Origin: Thecamonas trahens ATCC 50062
Taxonomy: Eukaryota > Protista > Apusomonadida
Assembly (NCBI RefSeq): GCF_000142905.1
Contig: NW_013657661.1
Location: 310,001-374,000 of the forward strand
Direction of reading: 5' to 3'
DNA: 64,000 nucleotides
A model generated the notes under the pieces. That model was given only the letters and a program-made list of their open reading frames with translations, was not told the DNA's origin and ran no database searches. Shown in pieces: positions 1 to 11,231 of the stretch. Made by a program: the position numbers and the translations under genes. Every line of letters starts with the position of its first letter. The stretch's first letter is position 1.

Positions 1-547
1 GCTCTGGAAGCTTGGTCCCTGCGCCTGGTGCCGACGAGTCGAGGCCCGGGACAATGAGGCAGGCGGCGTCTGGGGCGTCGACTGCGCGGGTCGCGTTGGA
101 CGCTGCGAGCGCGTGGACCACCGCATCGTAGTCGAAGAAGGCGGCGCCGGCAAGCGGGACCGGAACCGAGGCGCGCGGCTCGGCTGAAGGCACGACGTGG
201 ACGGTGATACGGCCGTCTCGGGCTGCGCTGCAGCCCGGTCTTGCCACCGAGAAGCAGCGATTGCCTGCGCAGGGGACATGATCGCGGAGGATGCGCGGAT
301 GGACGACGCCAGTAGACTCGTCGAACCGCATCGGCTTGACCTCTTCTGGTGCAACAGCAATAGATAGCTGGAAGCCCGGCTCTGCGGTCTTCCACACGCC
401 TAGCGAGATGGCGATGGCCAGGAACAGCGCCCAGCCGAACCACCAGGTGATGCACCGCACGTCGTCGGAGGACAGTCGCCAGGCTCCGGGCGCTCCGGGA
501 GTCCCAGGCGGCGGCGGCGGCTGGCTCTCTGTTGGGCCGTCAGCCAT
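1..547 (-). CDS. Exostosin/GT47-like type II membrane glycosyltransferase, 5' part (runs off the window start; absent from the ORF track)
   Basis: Manual translation from ATG 547 has no stop. It gives an N-terminal anchor (ITWWFGWALFLAIAISLGVW), then RCFS..C..RITVHVVP...YDAVVHALAAS...DAPDAACLIVPGLD, resembling the EXT pattern CFD..C..KVYVYP...Y..IL.A...S...DP..ACLFV..LD. Confidence 0.55.
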   Translation of the reverse strand, partial: MADGPTESQPPPPPGTPGAPGAWRLSSDDVRCITWWFGWALFLAIAISLGVWKTAEPGFQLSIAVAPEEVKPMRFDESTGVVHPRILRDHVPCAGNRCFSVARPGCSAARDGRITVHVVPSAEPRASVPVPLAGAAFFDYDAVVHALAASNATRAVDAPDAACLIVPGLDSSAPGAGTKLPE

Positions 548-1074
548 GTCACCCCTGTGTGTGTGTCTGTCTGTGTTGTTGGGTGTTTCACAGTGTGCAG
601 TGCGAGTGGTGGTGGCCTGGGCAAGGGAGGGGGGGGGGGTATGGGGGGTGGATCGGGGTGTGGTGGTGATCAGGCGAGGGAGTGATCGATCGCCGCGGTG
701 ATCAAACACCACACAGTTGGGCTACAGAAGAGCTGAGAAATGATGATGGATGTAGAGGCTGGTGGGTGGGGCTTGTGATCAGGAGCCCATTGGTATGGCG
801 ATGGATGATGGGAGTGGCATGGGGATGGGTGCGGGGTGGATGGACGTGATGATGATGGCGAAGACCTTCCATCGGTGACGAACGGGAGGGGTTGCCGGGT
901 TGGGGCAATGGGCTGGCTGGTGCCCCCAAACGGGGAGCGCTCGATGGCAACAAAACCGGGGCCATGGACAGGTCGACGTCACATCTTTGCTGAAGACACA
1001 CAAACATACAAGCACACGCACAACACAAGTTGTGAGCTACACTCGATCTTAAGCAGAGGAACAAGAACAAGAAG

Positions 1075-1650
1075 ATGAACAAGTCAATCAAGCTGGTTAC
1101 TGTTGGCGATGGGGCTGTGGGCAAGACCTCGCTCCTGATGTCGTACTCGAGCAACGCGTACTCGGAGGACTACCTGCCGACGATCTTTGATAACTACTCG
1201 GTGACGGTGATGGCTGGCGGCAAGCCTGTCTTCCTCGGCCTGTGGGACACGGCTGGGCAGGAGGACTACGATCGGCTCCGCCCGCTCTCGTACCCGCAGA
1301 CCGACGTCTTCCTCGTCTGCTTCTCGCTCATTTCGCACGCTTCGCTCGCCAACGTCCGCGAGAAGTGGATTCCCGAGATCCGCCACCACTGCCCGCACGT
1401 CCCGATTGTGCTCGCAGGGACCAAGTCTGATCTGCGCGCCGACAAGGCGACACTGGAGGGTCTGCGTGGCCGCGGCGAGACGCCGGTCACCTACGAGCAG
1501 GGCGTCCGCGCCGCGCGCGAGATCGGCGCCACCTATGTCGAGTGTTCGGCCAAGGAGGCCAAGGGCATCAAGAGCGTCTTTGACCAGGCCGTTAACCTCG
1601 CCCTTGCGCCGCCGTCGATGGCCAAGAAGAAGAAGTGCGCCATTCTCTAG
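1075..1650 (+). CDS. RAC: Rac/Rho-family small GTPase
   Basis: [47 protein letters not shown], Rho insert, polybasic tail and CAIL CaaX box. Confidence 0.97.
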   Translation: MNKSIKLVTVGDGAVGKTSLLMSYSSNAYSEDYLPTIFDNYSVTVMAGGKPVFLGLWDTAGQEDYDRLRPLSYPQTDVFLVCFSLISHASLANVREKWIPEIRHHCPHVPIVLAGTKSDLRADKATLEGLRGRGETPVTYEQGVRAAREIGATYVECSAKEAKGIKSVFDQAVNLALAPPSMAKKKKCAIL

Positions 1651-2032
1651 CTTCATCCACCTGCAAGCCCGAGGCCGCTTCTTGGACCGGCACTGCAGCC
1701 GGCCATCGGGAATTGGAGGCTCCGAGGGCAAGACCAACACCAACACAATGAACCTTCACATCACATGATCACAGATGTGGAACATACGATACCACCGCCG
1801 CCGCCGCCACTCCGTACAGCCCCAGCGAATGCTCAGCTGCGCAACTGCAACATGGGTGCCACTGGGCTGGCGAGCTGTGTGATCGGTGGCTCGGATGTGG
1901 CCAATGACAGCGATTGGCCCTGCCTGTGCCACACGTGGTGGTGTCAGGCCGCGCACGCGCACTCTCATCACCGCACCACTGCTCCACACCGAGTCACACC
2001 TGTCCTACACTCGGGCGATTGGACGGGTGCAC

Positions 2033-3621
2033 ATGAGCGTCTTCACCAAGCAGCGGACCACCGGTGCTCGCCTAGGGCTGGTTCTCGTCCTTGTCGTTGT
2101 CGTTGTCCTTGTTCTGCCGTTGGCTGCCGAGGCGACGACGGCCGCGATGGAAGAGCTGGCTGGGGAGGCGGACGGCGGTGGCGGGGAGGCGATCCGGATC
2201 GAGGGCGAGTGGTGGGCGGAAGATGCGGGTGTGAAGGGCAAGGGAATGGTCAAGACACCCGTGGCGCCAAAGTATGTGGGGACGATCAAGATGGGTACGA
2301 GTGGGAGTTGGAAGCGGGTCAAGGCCGATCGGACATACCTCAACAACGTCATATTTCTCGCTGGCACCACCCTCATCGGCATGGTCGACGGTGGCGTGAT
2401 GGCGCACAAGACGTGGCAGCTGCCGCCGGGCGTCTCGTCGCCCATTGGCTACTACTCGCAGCCGTACTACGGATATCTCGCGCTGACGCCCTCGCCGGAC
2501 CTGCTCGTGTACTACCGGTGCGACGACCCGTGCTCGGACCGCGGGCAGGACTGCGCGCTCACTCCATATCTTAATCTGACACTGCCAAACGTGACGGCTT
2601 CGACCGACTGGGTCGATCTAGCCACCGGCGAGTCAGAGGTCAACGGGCAGAGCTTCGGCTATCTATTTGGCGACGACCTGACCGTCGTCGAGGTCAGCGA
2701 CTTGGGCGATCCGGACAACGCGTTTGTGAGTGCCACCTTTTCGCTCAGCGATCTTGTTCCAGCTGTTGTTGCCAAGTATCCTTATCTTCTCGCGGCGGTT
2801 GGGACCGACTACAACCCGAACTCGCGAACGCATCTATGGATCGTGCTCACGACCGAAGATCCTGTGACGGCGAGCTCGCCGCCGCCCGCCGTCGTCCTCA
2901 CCTTTGCCATCGGCGTCCGCAAAGTGGAGGTTGTTTCGTTTACGCTGCCGACGCCCATGGGCATTGTCCACTACACTGGCTTTGTCTCACTAACGCACTA
3001 TGGGGTCAACGGCACAAATCTCATCGCATACGACGACGACAAGCCCGGGCAGAACATCACAGCCAGCTGGCCTGCGCTCGGTATGACAGCCTCGGCCTGC
3101 GCTGTCGACTCGGGCGCGGCCGAGGAGGGAGACCACGGCATGTTTGTCGCCTCACGGCTCACCTCTGGCACAGGCTCGCAAATCGTCATCCTCGACTCAG
3201 ACACCGGTGTGGTGAGCAGGATCGGCTCGGGGCCATCGACGCCGTCGACCGTCGCCTGGTGCTCGACGCACTACCACTACAACTCCGACAAGTTCATCGC
3301 CTTTGTGCCTGGCACCACCAGCGCTGGCATGAAGGTGGTGGACGCTTTTCGCACTCGCCGCTCAGCGACGGCGAGTATGAGTCACCGCCGCCGCCGTCGT
3401 CTCTGATTGGCGCCAGTGGCGACGGCGTCTCGCTTTGCACCGATCCCGATATGGGCTCGACATGCGTCATGGCTTGCAGCGGGCTGCCATCAGTTGCATG
3501 CTCACCCGCCGACGCTGGCCCCGCCACCGTCGATGGCCGGCCTGCCGCTTGCTTCCTCCTGCCCAATCATCCGGACGTCTGCAACTACTGCCCGCCGGCA
3601 TGGGCTCAGTACTGTCCGTGA
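2033..3621 (+). CDS. Secreted protein of unknown family, paralog A; probable frameshift at 3346-3349 adding a Cys-rich C-terminal module (uncorrected stop 3406)
   Basis: ATG 2033 and hydrophobic signal LGLVLVLVVVVVLVLPLAAEA. Colinear similarity with 3878-5056. One extra T gives DAFS, matching the paralog's VFS, and continues into a Cys-rich frame ending at TGA 3621. Confidence 0.75.
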
Positions 3622-3877
3622 CGACCCCCTATCGTGTGCCTGCATCGGCCCCTCACCGCGCCGGCAAGAGTAGCACCACACGTCACCCATATATACCGAT
3701 GTATCGTCCATGCTAGCGATGTGTTGCCTGCACTGAAGATGTGTTAGCCCGTACTGGCGATGCGGTGCCGATGTCGATGAACCAGCCGCCGTGTGGTTTA
3801 TTCTGCCACATGTCACACCACTCCTCCCCCCCTCCCCCTCCTTCCCCCCCCCCCCCCCTCCCACCACCACTACGACC

Positions 3878-5056
3878 ATGTACCTCACACGTCTCTGCCT
3901 GCTTGTCTCTGCGTTGTCTGCTTTGATGACCCTGGCTACTGCCACCACGCCCGTTCTCGTCGGCACCATCGACCTCAACACCACGGCGCCATGGTCACGG
4001 GTCAAGGCCGATCGGAGCTACCACAACAACGTCATGTTTGTGGCTGGATCGAGTGTAGTGGGCGTAGTTGATGGTGAAGTCATGGATCATGCAGCGTGGC
4101 TGCTGCCGGCAGGCGTCTCGGCTGCAGTCGGCTACTACGTCGAGCCTTATAACGGCTATCTGGCGCTCGCTACGGCTCACAACTTGCTACAGTACTACAA
4201 GTGCGATAATCCGTTCTCCAACTACCACCAAGAGTGCTCGCTCAAGCTGCACTCATCGCTCACGCTGCCCAACGTGTCGGCCTCTGCGTCGTGGGTCGAC
4301 GTCGCCACAGGCTCGTCGCCCGTCACTGGCGACAGCTATGGGTATCTGTTTGCCGACGATCTGACGGTTGTGGAGATCAAGGACTTTGCCACCCCTGACG
4401 ACGCCATAGTGACTCGGACGTTTTCGCTAGCCGAGGTAGTCCCGAGCGTGGCCGTGACATACCCGTACCTGCTCGCAGTCGACGGCGTGGCGTATGATCC
4501 GTACGCGCGAAACTCGATCATGATCACACTGACCGGCGTTGACCCGACCACGCCCAAGGGGAAGCAGCCGCCTGGCGCGCTCGTCAACTTTGTGGTCGGC
4601 GGCGGTGCAGCCGAGGCGACGGTCTCGTTTGCGATGCCGACTCCGATGGGCGTCGTCTTTTATGGCGAGTGGCTGGCGATGACGTACTACGGTGCAGGGA
4701 CGACCGAGATGATGGCGTTTGATTTGTCCCAGCACACGCTCAACATCACGCTCTCGTGGCCTGTGAGCGGAACAACGACGTCGGCGTGCGCCGTTGACTC
4801 GGGAGCGATCAACAGCCGCGACCACAGTGCGTTTGTGGTCTCGCGCGGAGGGAGCGGCGTGGCGGCTGAGGTGGTGTACGTGGACAGCCATGCCAAGACG
4901 GCCTCGCCGCCTGCCACCTCGAGTGGCGAGCCGTCGTTTGTGGCCAAGTGCACTACTCATTTCAACTATGCCAAGTCGGCGTTTATCGCGTACGTACCAT
5001 CGACGGCGAGCAACGGCTCGCAGTTGGTGGCAGTCTTCTCCTACGATGTGCAATAG
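3878..5056 (+). CDS. Secreted protein of unknown family, paralog B
   Basis: Signal peptide MYLTRLCLLVSALSALMTLATA. Shares W.RVKADR.Y.NNV.F.AG, GYLAL, GYLF.DDLTVVE, YPYLLA, PTPMG and SACAVDSGA with paralog A. Confidence 0.85.
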   Translation: MYLTRLCLLVSALSALMTLATATTPVLVGTIDLNTTAPWSRVKADRSYHNNVMFVAGSSVVGVVDGEVMDHAAWLLPAGVSAAVGYYVEPYNGYLALATAHNLLQYYKCDNPFSNYHQECSLKLHSSLTLPNVSASASWVDVATGSSPVTGDSYGYLFADDLTVVEIKDFATPDDAIVTRTFSLAEVVPSVAVTYPYLLAVDGVAYDPYARNSIMITLTGVDPTTPKGKQPPGALVNFVVGGGAAEATVSFAMPTPMGVVFYGEWLAMTYYGAGTTEMMAFDLSQHTLNITLSWPVSGTTTSACAVDSGAINSRDHSAFVVSRGGSGVAAEVVYVDSHAKTASPPATSSGEPSFVAKCTTHFNYAKSAFIAYVPSTASNGSQLVAVFSYDVQ

Positions 5057-5094
5057 CGTAGCCGACGTCTCGCCAGAAATCAAACTTGAGTTGC

Positions 5095-6234
5095 CTAGCC
5101 GTCATGGGCGAGGATCGAGTAGCCGCGGTCGACTTCACGCGGGCCAGTCTTGCGGGAGGGGCGGGCATATGACGCAAGCTCTTGGGCGGACATAGGAGCA
5201 TCGCTGTAGGCGAGGACCGAAGCAATAGTCGATTGGTGGTGCAACGCTTTGGAGGCCTGCGGTGGAGCCGGGCGGGAGGATCTGCGGCGCGGTGGCAGTT
5301 CGCGCAGGGCCGAGCTGACGCCGGCCGACTGGAGCAGCGGCTGCGGGCGGGTCTTGGCCGGCTGGGGCGGGCCGGCACGCCAGCGAGAGCTCTTGGGGTC
5401 ATAGGCCGAGTGGCGGACGCGATCGGCGGCTGGCGGCGCAGGGGCGAGGATGGAGCCCGGAACGGAAGATGAGTCCCTGGTGCTGATGCCCATCTTGCGG
5501 CGGCGAGCTCGCTCGGGCGAAGCCTGCGAGCGGTGGGCCTGCCACGACTCTGCCTTGCGGCGGCGGGCGTCGGACTCGGCAGCAGCAGATGCGGCCTGCA
5601 GAGATGGATCGGTGTAGGTGTGTGTCAGCGGATTGTACGCTTGTGCTTGGTACTTGTACTTGTACGACGACTTGGCGTACGGGTTGAGCGGCTCGTTGCG
5701 CGAGGCCGAGCGCGGAACCGGCGGGCCGAGCTCCGACACAGCCTGACCCAGCAGCGGGGCAGCGCCCGACGGGGTGGCGCGAAAGCCGGCTTGCGATCTT
5801 GAGCGCACAGGGCCGTGCCCGCCGGGACGCGCACCTGTCCGCCCACTGGAAGAGGTATCGGCGTAGTAGCCACTGCTCCGCGAGCCTGCGTGCGACCGCT
5901 CGGGCGGAGCGTCCAAGTCTGCGCCTAACGGATTGGTGCGGGGCATGGCAAAGGCCTTGCGTCCACGGCGCGGCTGACGGGCCTCGTACTCTAAGGCTCG
6001 AGCCTCCTGCCGCGGATCTTCGTACGCGTTGAGCAGGACGTTGTAGCCCGCGATCGATGAGTAGTTGAGCGAGCGGCCAATGCCGCCGCGAGGCATCTGA
6101 GTCTCAAACAGGCCAGCAGGCGCGTCGACGTGGAGCGCCTTGCGCGGGCGCAGATGAACCGGCATGCTCCTCCCACCACCATCCTCTCGACGACCATTTC
6201 GGTTCCAGCCTGAGCCATTGCCGTGTCCGGCCAT
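5095..6234 (-). CDS. Hypothetical basic, low-complexity protein
   Basis: Long ORF with host-like codons, downstream of a C-rich upstream tract. Start uncertain. Confidence 0.65.
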   Translation of the reverse strand: MAGHGNGSGWNRNGRREDGGGRSMPVHLRPRKALHVDAPAGLFETQMPRGGIGRSLNYSSIAGYNVLLNAYEDPRQEARALEYEARQPRRGRKAFAMPRTNPLGADLDAPPERSHAGSRSSGYYADTSSSGRTGARPGGHGPVRSRSQAGFRATPSGAAPLLGQAVSELGPPVPRSASRNEPLNPYAKSSYKYKYQAQAYNPLTHTYTDPSLQAASAAAESDARRRKAESWQAHRSQASPERARRRKMGISTRDSSSVPGSILAPAPPAADRVRHSAYDPKSSRWRAGPPQPAKTRPQPLLQSAGVSSALRELPPRRRSSRPAPPQASKALHHQSTIASVLAYSDAPMSAQELASYARPSRKTGPREVDRGYSILAHDG

Positions 6235-6699
6235 GGTGTCCAAGGAGGAGTGTGGTTGCGTGTCGACGGGTAGACCGAGGGGGGGGGAGAGCGGTGAACC
6301 CGTTGGGAACGAACGAGTGAAGCTGACAATTGGGGCGAGGGAGTATGGGGGTGTGGGGGGTGGGGTGGGGTGGGGTGGGGTGGGGGGGGGGGTGGGAATG
6401 GGCGATAGGAATGAGCATGGACGATGAACGTAGAGCTCTGATGGAGATGAGCAGAAGCTGGCGCTGGCATGTGGTGCGATCTGTGGAAGGGGCTGTGGTA
6501 TGTCCGTTGTCCGTCCGTGTACCCACCATGGTCTCCCTCCCCTTCCTCATCTGGTTACGATTATTTCTCGTTTCTCTTAATCGTTGGGTGGCCAACCAAC
6601 GGACTGACCCCCCCTCCCTCTTCCCCCCCCCCCCCCACCCGCCCACGCCGTACACCCCTCCACCCCACCCCACCTCACCTCACCCCACCTTTCTGCACC

Positions 6700-9600
6700 A
6701 TGGACTCTCTGGAGGCAGAATTGAGTGACGGGCTGGAGGTGACGTCGGCTGACCTGCTCTCTCCGGGCTCGGGCGAGGGCACAAGCTTCTCGTGGCAACT
6801 GTCGGGCGACGACGATGACGACGATGATGTCAGCGGAGGCTCTGGTGGCTCGCTTGACGACGATGGCGAGCTCGGGCTAGATCTCTCGGACGCGACCGAC
6901 GACTTGGATTTGGATATCTCGGTCGAAGGGGTTGAGCTCTCGTCCGACGACGACGACGCATCGATTGTTGACATCTCTTCGCCGTCGGCTGATGATGCCG
7001 GCGCAGTGCTGGCGGCCGAGGCCGAGGCCGAGGCTGCTGTCATGGCTCGTGTCCGTGCCGAGGCGGAGGCTGCGGAGGCTGCTGCTGCCGAGGCCCAGGC
7101 GCGCGATGCGGCAGTGGCAGCGGCTGCTGCCGAGGCGACGGCCAACGCTCGAGTGGTGTCAGCGAACGTTGCGGCGGAAGCTGCGGCGGCCATTGCGGTT
7201 GCGGCCGAGGAGATTGCGGCCGAGGCCGACGATGCCGAGACCTACAAAGCTGCTGCCCTAATCGAGAGCATAGCCGAGGACGAAGCTGCTTCCGCCGTCC
7301 AAGACGAGGTCACAGCTGTGACCGAGGCTTCTTCTGCTGCTGAAGCCCGAGCTCTTGCGCAGCAGCTTGTTGAAGAGGCAGCCGCCGAACTTGAGCTTGC
7401 GGTTGCCGAGGCAGCCGCTGCTGCTGCTGCGCATGAACTCGCGACGGCCGAGGCTGAAGCAGCCAAGGCATCCGCCGCTGCACGGGCACATGCAGAGGCG
7501 GCGGCGGCGGCGGAGGCGGCGGCGAAGGCAGAGGCAGAGACGGAGGCAGAGGCGGAGGCCGAGTGGGCGGCGGCGCCCAAGCGGTCGCCAGAGACGGAAA
7601 AGGTGGCCATCCGGGTTGTCAGCAGCGATTCGGCCGAGGCCATCGACCTGCTCCCGCCGCAGGGCCGTGAGCCATTTGTCTCGTTCGTGCCGGGCCACTC
7701 GCGGCTGCTGGCGTCGATGCACACGCATGACGAGCTGACTGGCGCTCACCCTGACTCTAACTACGAGCGAGTGGTGCTCAAGGGGACGTTGTCGCAGCGG
7801 CATGCGCGTGCGTTGCAGCTCCTAGATGATGCGCGAGCGGATGTGCGCAGTCTTGCGGGCGAGTTGATGCACCTCAAGGCGCGCGAGTTGTCGCGGGCCA
7901 AGCTCCTTCGGATGGGGCTTACCCCGGCCGACATTGAGTCGTCCATTTACGGCCCAGCCATGCGGAACGACGGCTCTCTCCTCACGGTCGAGGCGTTGAT
8001 GGTGCAGGAGATCGAGGACTGGCGGGCCAAAATCGAGGCCGACGTTGCGGCCATGAAGGCCAGCTTTGAGGCGCGCAAGAAGCGGCTTTCGTCGGCCAAC
8101 GCACGGCTGCGCAAAGAGCTGCACCGGGCGCAGCGTTCAGCAGAGCTCACCGCCCGCGAGCCATCGCCTTCAGCGGCGCTTTACTCGGCTCGCGACAAAC
8201 TCCGCGCCAACGCCATTACCATCCAGGCGCTGCGAGCCAAGCTCGACGCCGGGCGTGCGCAGTACGAGTCGCTGACGCTAGAGGCGGCCGAGCTGCACGC
8301 TCGTGAGCGTGAGCGCTCGGCAGCCTGGATCAACAAGGAGCGCCAGCTTCGGCTTGAGTTTGAGACTTCGGAGCGCGGCATCAAGCTCCTCACCCGACTC
8401 AAGACCTATTCGCAAACCATCAGCGACTTGCGTGAGAAGTTGGCGGCGGAGCGGGCAAAGGTGGAGAGCGCCGAGGCGCGGACGGCCGAGGTCGAGGCCG
8501 AGCGCGACGCCAAGCAGGCTGAGCTTGGCCGGGTCCAGGCCGAAGCTGAGGCGGCGGCGGCGGCGGCGGAGGCGGCAGAGGCTCGGCTCCATAACGACGT
8601 CGCCAACGCCCGGGCTGAAATGAGCGACACCAGCAAGCAGCTAGCACGAGCGCACGCTACGATCAAGGCACTGGAGGGCTCGTTTGAGGAGGCAGCCACC
8701 AAGTTTGCTCGCCAGGAGGGCCAACTCCGCGAGGTCCACGCTGCCGAGACCGCGTCACTTCTGGCCAAGTATGAGAAGACCAAGGAGATTCTCAAGGGCA
8801 AGGTGGCCAAGGCCAAGTTGGTTGCTTCGAGCCAACAGCAGCGGGCCGAGACGGCCGAGGCCAAGGTGGCCAAGCTCTCGCGCAAGCTTCAGGCTACACA
8901 TGTGCAGATGTCCCAGGAGCTCGAGAGCTCGCGAGTTGAGCGTGAAACGGTGGAGGAGGCGGCGCAGGCGCGCGAGCTCGAGCTTCTCGAGCAGCTCAAC
9001 GAGCTGCGGCACTCGCAGGCGCTGACCCACTCGACGTCGCTGGACCAGCTGCGCGACCTCGAGGTCTCGATCCAGGAGACGCAGCGCAAGGCCAACCACC
9101 GGGTGGCGTTCTTGGAGCAAGAGCTGGAGAAGGCGGCAGCAACGGCGGAGGCGTCCAAGGTGGCCACCGCGGCTGCAGAGCGGCGGGCCGAGATGGCCGA
9201 GGCCCAGCGGGCAGCGCTGGAGAAGGCACTCAAGGACGAAAAGGTCAAGCTTGCCGAGGAGATTAGGCTCACCGGCGAGCTGCAGGACCAGGTGGCAAGC
9301 CTCGAGCAGGAGCGGCTGGCACTCAAGCGCAACATCATGGCTGCAGAGACTGCGGACATGGGCCAGGACGAGAAAGACGCCATCATGGAGGTTGTCCACA
9401 AGAACGAGCACATCAAGAGCCTCGAGGACGTGGTCGCCTCGCAGCGGGCCGAGCTCAACTTGGCCTCGGTCGAAAAGCAGGCACTCGAGGTCGAGCTTTC
9501 AGCGGCTCGGCAGACGCTCAAGCGGTACGAGGAGCTCGGCCTGGACCGGCCGTCCGGCCGGCGGCACAAGTCGCCCGAGGTTAGTCAAGCTCCAGAAGCG

Positions 9601-9876
9601 GTGGCGATGGCGGCGCTCGAGCCAGCGGCGGCAGAAGCGGCGCCGGCTGCTGCGCCCAAGTCCGAGACCATTCAGTTTGAAATGTCGTCCGACGACGACG
9701 ATGGCGACGGCGACGGCTTTGCCGCACAGGCGCTCAAGTCGGTCGGCCTCGCGGCGATGGCAGAAGAGAGCGGCAGCAGCGGCGGCGGCGGGTACAACCC
9801 GATTGCGTCGCTGGGCGGTCGCGACGCGTACGCACTGACGTCGTCGGACGGCGAGCTCGACTTGCCTGGAACATGA
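6700..9876 (+). CDS. Large coiled-coil protein with acidic termini and an Ala/Glu-rich region
   Basis: ATG 6700 (CACCATGG) after a C-rich tract; long heptad-rich A/E/K/L/R stretch. Confidence 0.85.
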   Translation: MDSLEAELSDGLEVTSADLLSPGSGEGTSFSWQLSGDDDDDDDVSGGSGGSLDDDGELGLDLSDATDDLDLDISVEGVELSSDDDDASIVDISSPSADDAGAVLAAEAEAEAAVMARVRAEAEAAEAAAAEAQARDAAVAAAAAEATANARVVSANVAAEAAAAIAVAAEEIAAEADDAETYKAAALIESIAEDEAASAVQDEVTAVTEASSAAEARALAQQLVEEAAAELELAVAEAAAAAAAHELATAEAEAAKASAAARAHAEAAAAAEAAAKAEAETEAEAEAEWAAAPKRSPETEKVAIRVVSSDSAEAIDLLPPQGREPFVSFVPGHSRLLASMHTHDELTGAHPDSNYERVVLKGTLSQRHARALQLLDDARADVRSLAGELMHLKARELSRAKLLRMGLTPADIESSIYGPAMRNDGSLLTVEALMVQEIEDWRAKIEADVAAMKASFEARKKRLSSANARLRKELHRAQRSAELTAREPSPSAALYSARDKLRANAITIQALRAKLDAGRAQYESLTLEAAELHARERERSAAWINKERQLRLEFETSERGIKLLTRLKTYSQTISDLREKLAAERAKVESAEARTAEVEAERDAKQAELGRVQAEAEAAAAAAEAAEARLHNDVANARAEMSDTSKQLARAHATIKALEGSFEEAATKFARQEGQLREVHAAETASLLAKYEKTKEILKGKVAKAKLVASSQQQRAETAEAKVAKLSRKLQATHVQMSQELESSRVERETVEEAAQARELELLEQLNELRHSQALTHSTSLDQLRDLEVSIQETQRKANHRVAFLEQELEKAAATAEASKVATAAAERRAEMAEAQRAALEKALKDEKVKLAEEIRLTGELQDQVASLEQERLALKRNIMAAETADMGQDEKDAIMEVVHKNEHIKSLEDVVASQRAELNLASVEKQALEVELSAARQTLKRYEELGLDRPSGRRHKSPEVSQAPEAVAMAALEPAAAEAAPAAAPKSETIQFEMSSDDDDGDGDGFAAQALKSVGLAAMAEESGSSGGGGYNPIASLGGRDAYALTSSDGELDLPGT

Positions 9877-9944
9877 ACGCAACGACAGAGCAAGATAGAT
9901 GGGGGGAAGCGGGAGCAAGTTAAGCTAAGCGACAGGTTTACGCA

Positions 9945-11231
9945 CTACTCGTTGGTGTCGACGTGGGTGACATTCCAGGCGGCCATGGTGGGGGTGCGGT
10001 CGGCGGTCTCGCCGCCGATGACCAGAAAGTGGCCGTCGCAAGGGATGACGCCGTGGGCGACGATGCCAGCGGGCTCGTTGACCGACTTGAGCGGGTGCCA
10101 CGACTCGGAGGCAAAGTCGTAGAGCCACGGCGATTGCGAGTGCCACGACGGCTCGCCCGATTCGGGGTCGACAGTGGCGCCGCCGACGACAATCATGGTG
10201 CGGCCGCCGTCGGTAGAGACGGCCGAGGCGCCGGCAACCGGCAGCGGCGGGCCGCCGCCGTCCGAGCCCATGCGGCGCCAGGTCTTGGACGAGAGGTTGA
10301 ACGCCCAGACGGCGTTTGCCGGCTCGACGCCGTCGGGGACCGACTCCTTCATGGCGGCCTCGAGGGCCGGGTAGCCGGGGCCAAAGACCACGATTTCGGG
10401 GGCGAGGGCCGAAGGGACAGCGGCGTGGCCCGCAAGCGCAACGGGCGCGTCGGGTGACGGCCCGTGGGCCTTGGCATCGTACAGCTTGGTCCACTTTGAG
10501 CTCGGAACCGAGTACGACCAGACATCTGCGGTGGCGACCTGCGGGCCACGGCCGCCGATGATGATGGCCGAGGCTGAGGCGCCCTCGATGAGGGTGGCAG
10601 TGTGCAGGTCGCGCGGCTCGGGGAGCTCGGGCAGGATGTGCCACTCACCGGCGACGTTGCCGCGGGAGAGAGTCTGCGGGTAGACAACAAAGCGCCAGAA
10701 CTCTGCGGTGCGGGCGTTGCGTCCAGTCGAGCCGCCGGCCATAAACAGCGAGAGCGATGACTCCGAGGTGGAGAACGAGTGGCCGAAGCGGGCGTCGGGC
10801 CCGGCGTTGAGCGCCTGGACGGCGACCCAGCCCTTGGGCGCTTGCTGCTTGTTGGGCGAGGAAACGACCTTGCGGACCACAAACTCGCTCGAGGCTGTGC
10901 CATCGGGCGGCGAGCCCACATCGCCACCAAGGACAAAGACGTGAGAGCCAAGCTGTGCCGCGCCCAGTCCGCAGCGGCCGGCGGGCATGGATGCCGACTC
11001 CGGGTCGGGCACTGGCTCCCACACCAGGGTGGAGGGAAAGGCCGATGACGAAGCCCAGCGACGGGCGAGGTGAGCAGCAGCAGCAGCTTCATCTACACAA
11101 GGTCTCATGTTCTGCAACAAAGCAGCCACTGTTGCACCAGTCATTCCTGTGCCCGTGCCCGTAGCCTGCAGCCAGCGGCGTGTTGCCATGGCGGCAGCAG
11201 TGCCAGTGCCACGTCCCAGCAGAGAAAACAT
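9945..11231 (-). CDS. Kelch-repeat beta-propeller protein, possibly mitochondrion-targeted
   Basis: Repeated R..H/C.....[hydrophobic]GG ... W units (RFGHS..LFMAGG, RDLHTA..IIIGG, FLVIGG). Arg/Ala/Thr-rich N-terminus ending LARRWASS. Confidence 0.85.
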   Translation of the reverse strand: MFSLLGRGTGTAAAMATRRWLQATGTGTGMTGATVAALLQNMRPCVDEAAAAAHLARRWASSSAFPSTLVWEPVPDPESASMPAGRCGLGAAQLGSHVFVLGGDVGSPPDGTASSEFVVRKVVSSPNKQQAPKGWVAVQALNAGPDARFGHSFSTSESSLSLFMAGGSTGRNARTAEFWRFVVYPQTLSRGNVAGEWHILPELPEPRDLHTATLIEGASASAIIIGGRGPQVATADVWSYSVPSSKWTKLYDAKAHGPSPDAPVALAGHAAVPSALAPEIVVFGPGYPALEAAMKESVPDGVEPANAVWAFNLSSKTWRRMGSDGGGPPLPVAGASAVSTDGGRTMIVVGGATVDPESGEPSWHSQSPWLYDFASESWHPLKSVNEPAGIVAHGVIPCDGHFLVIGGETADRTPTMAAWNVTHVDTNE

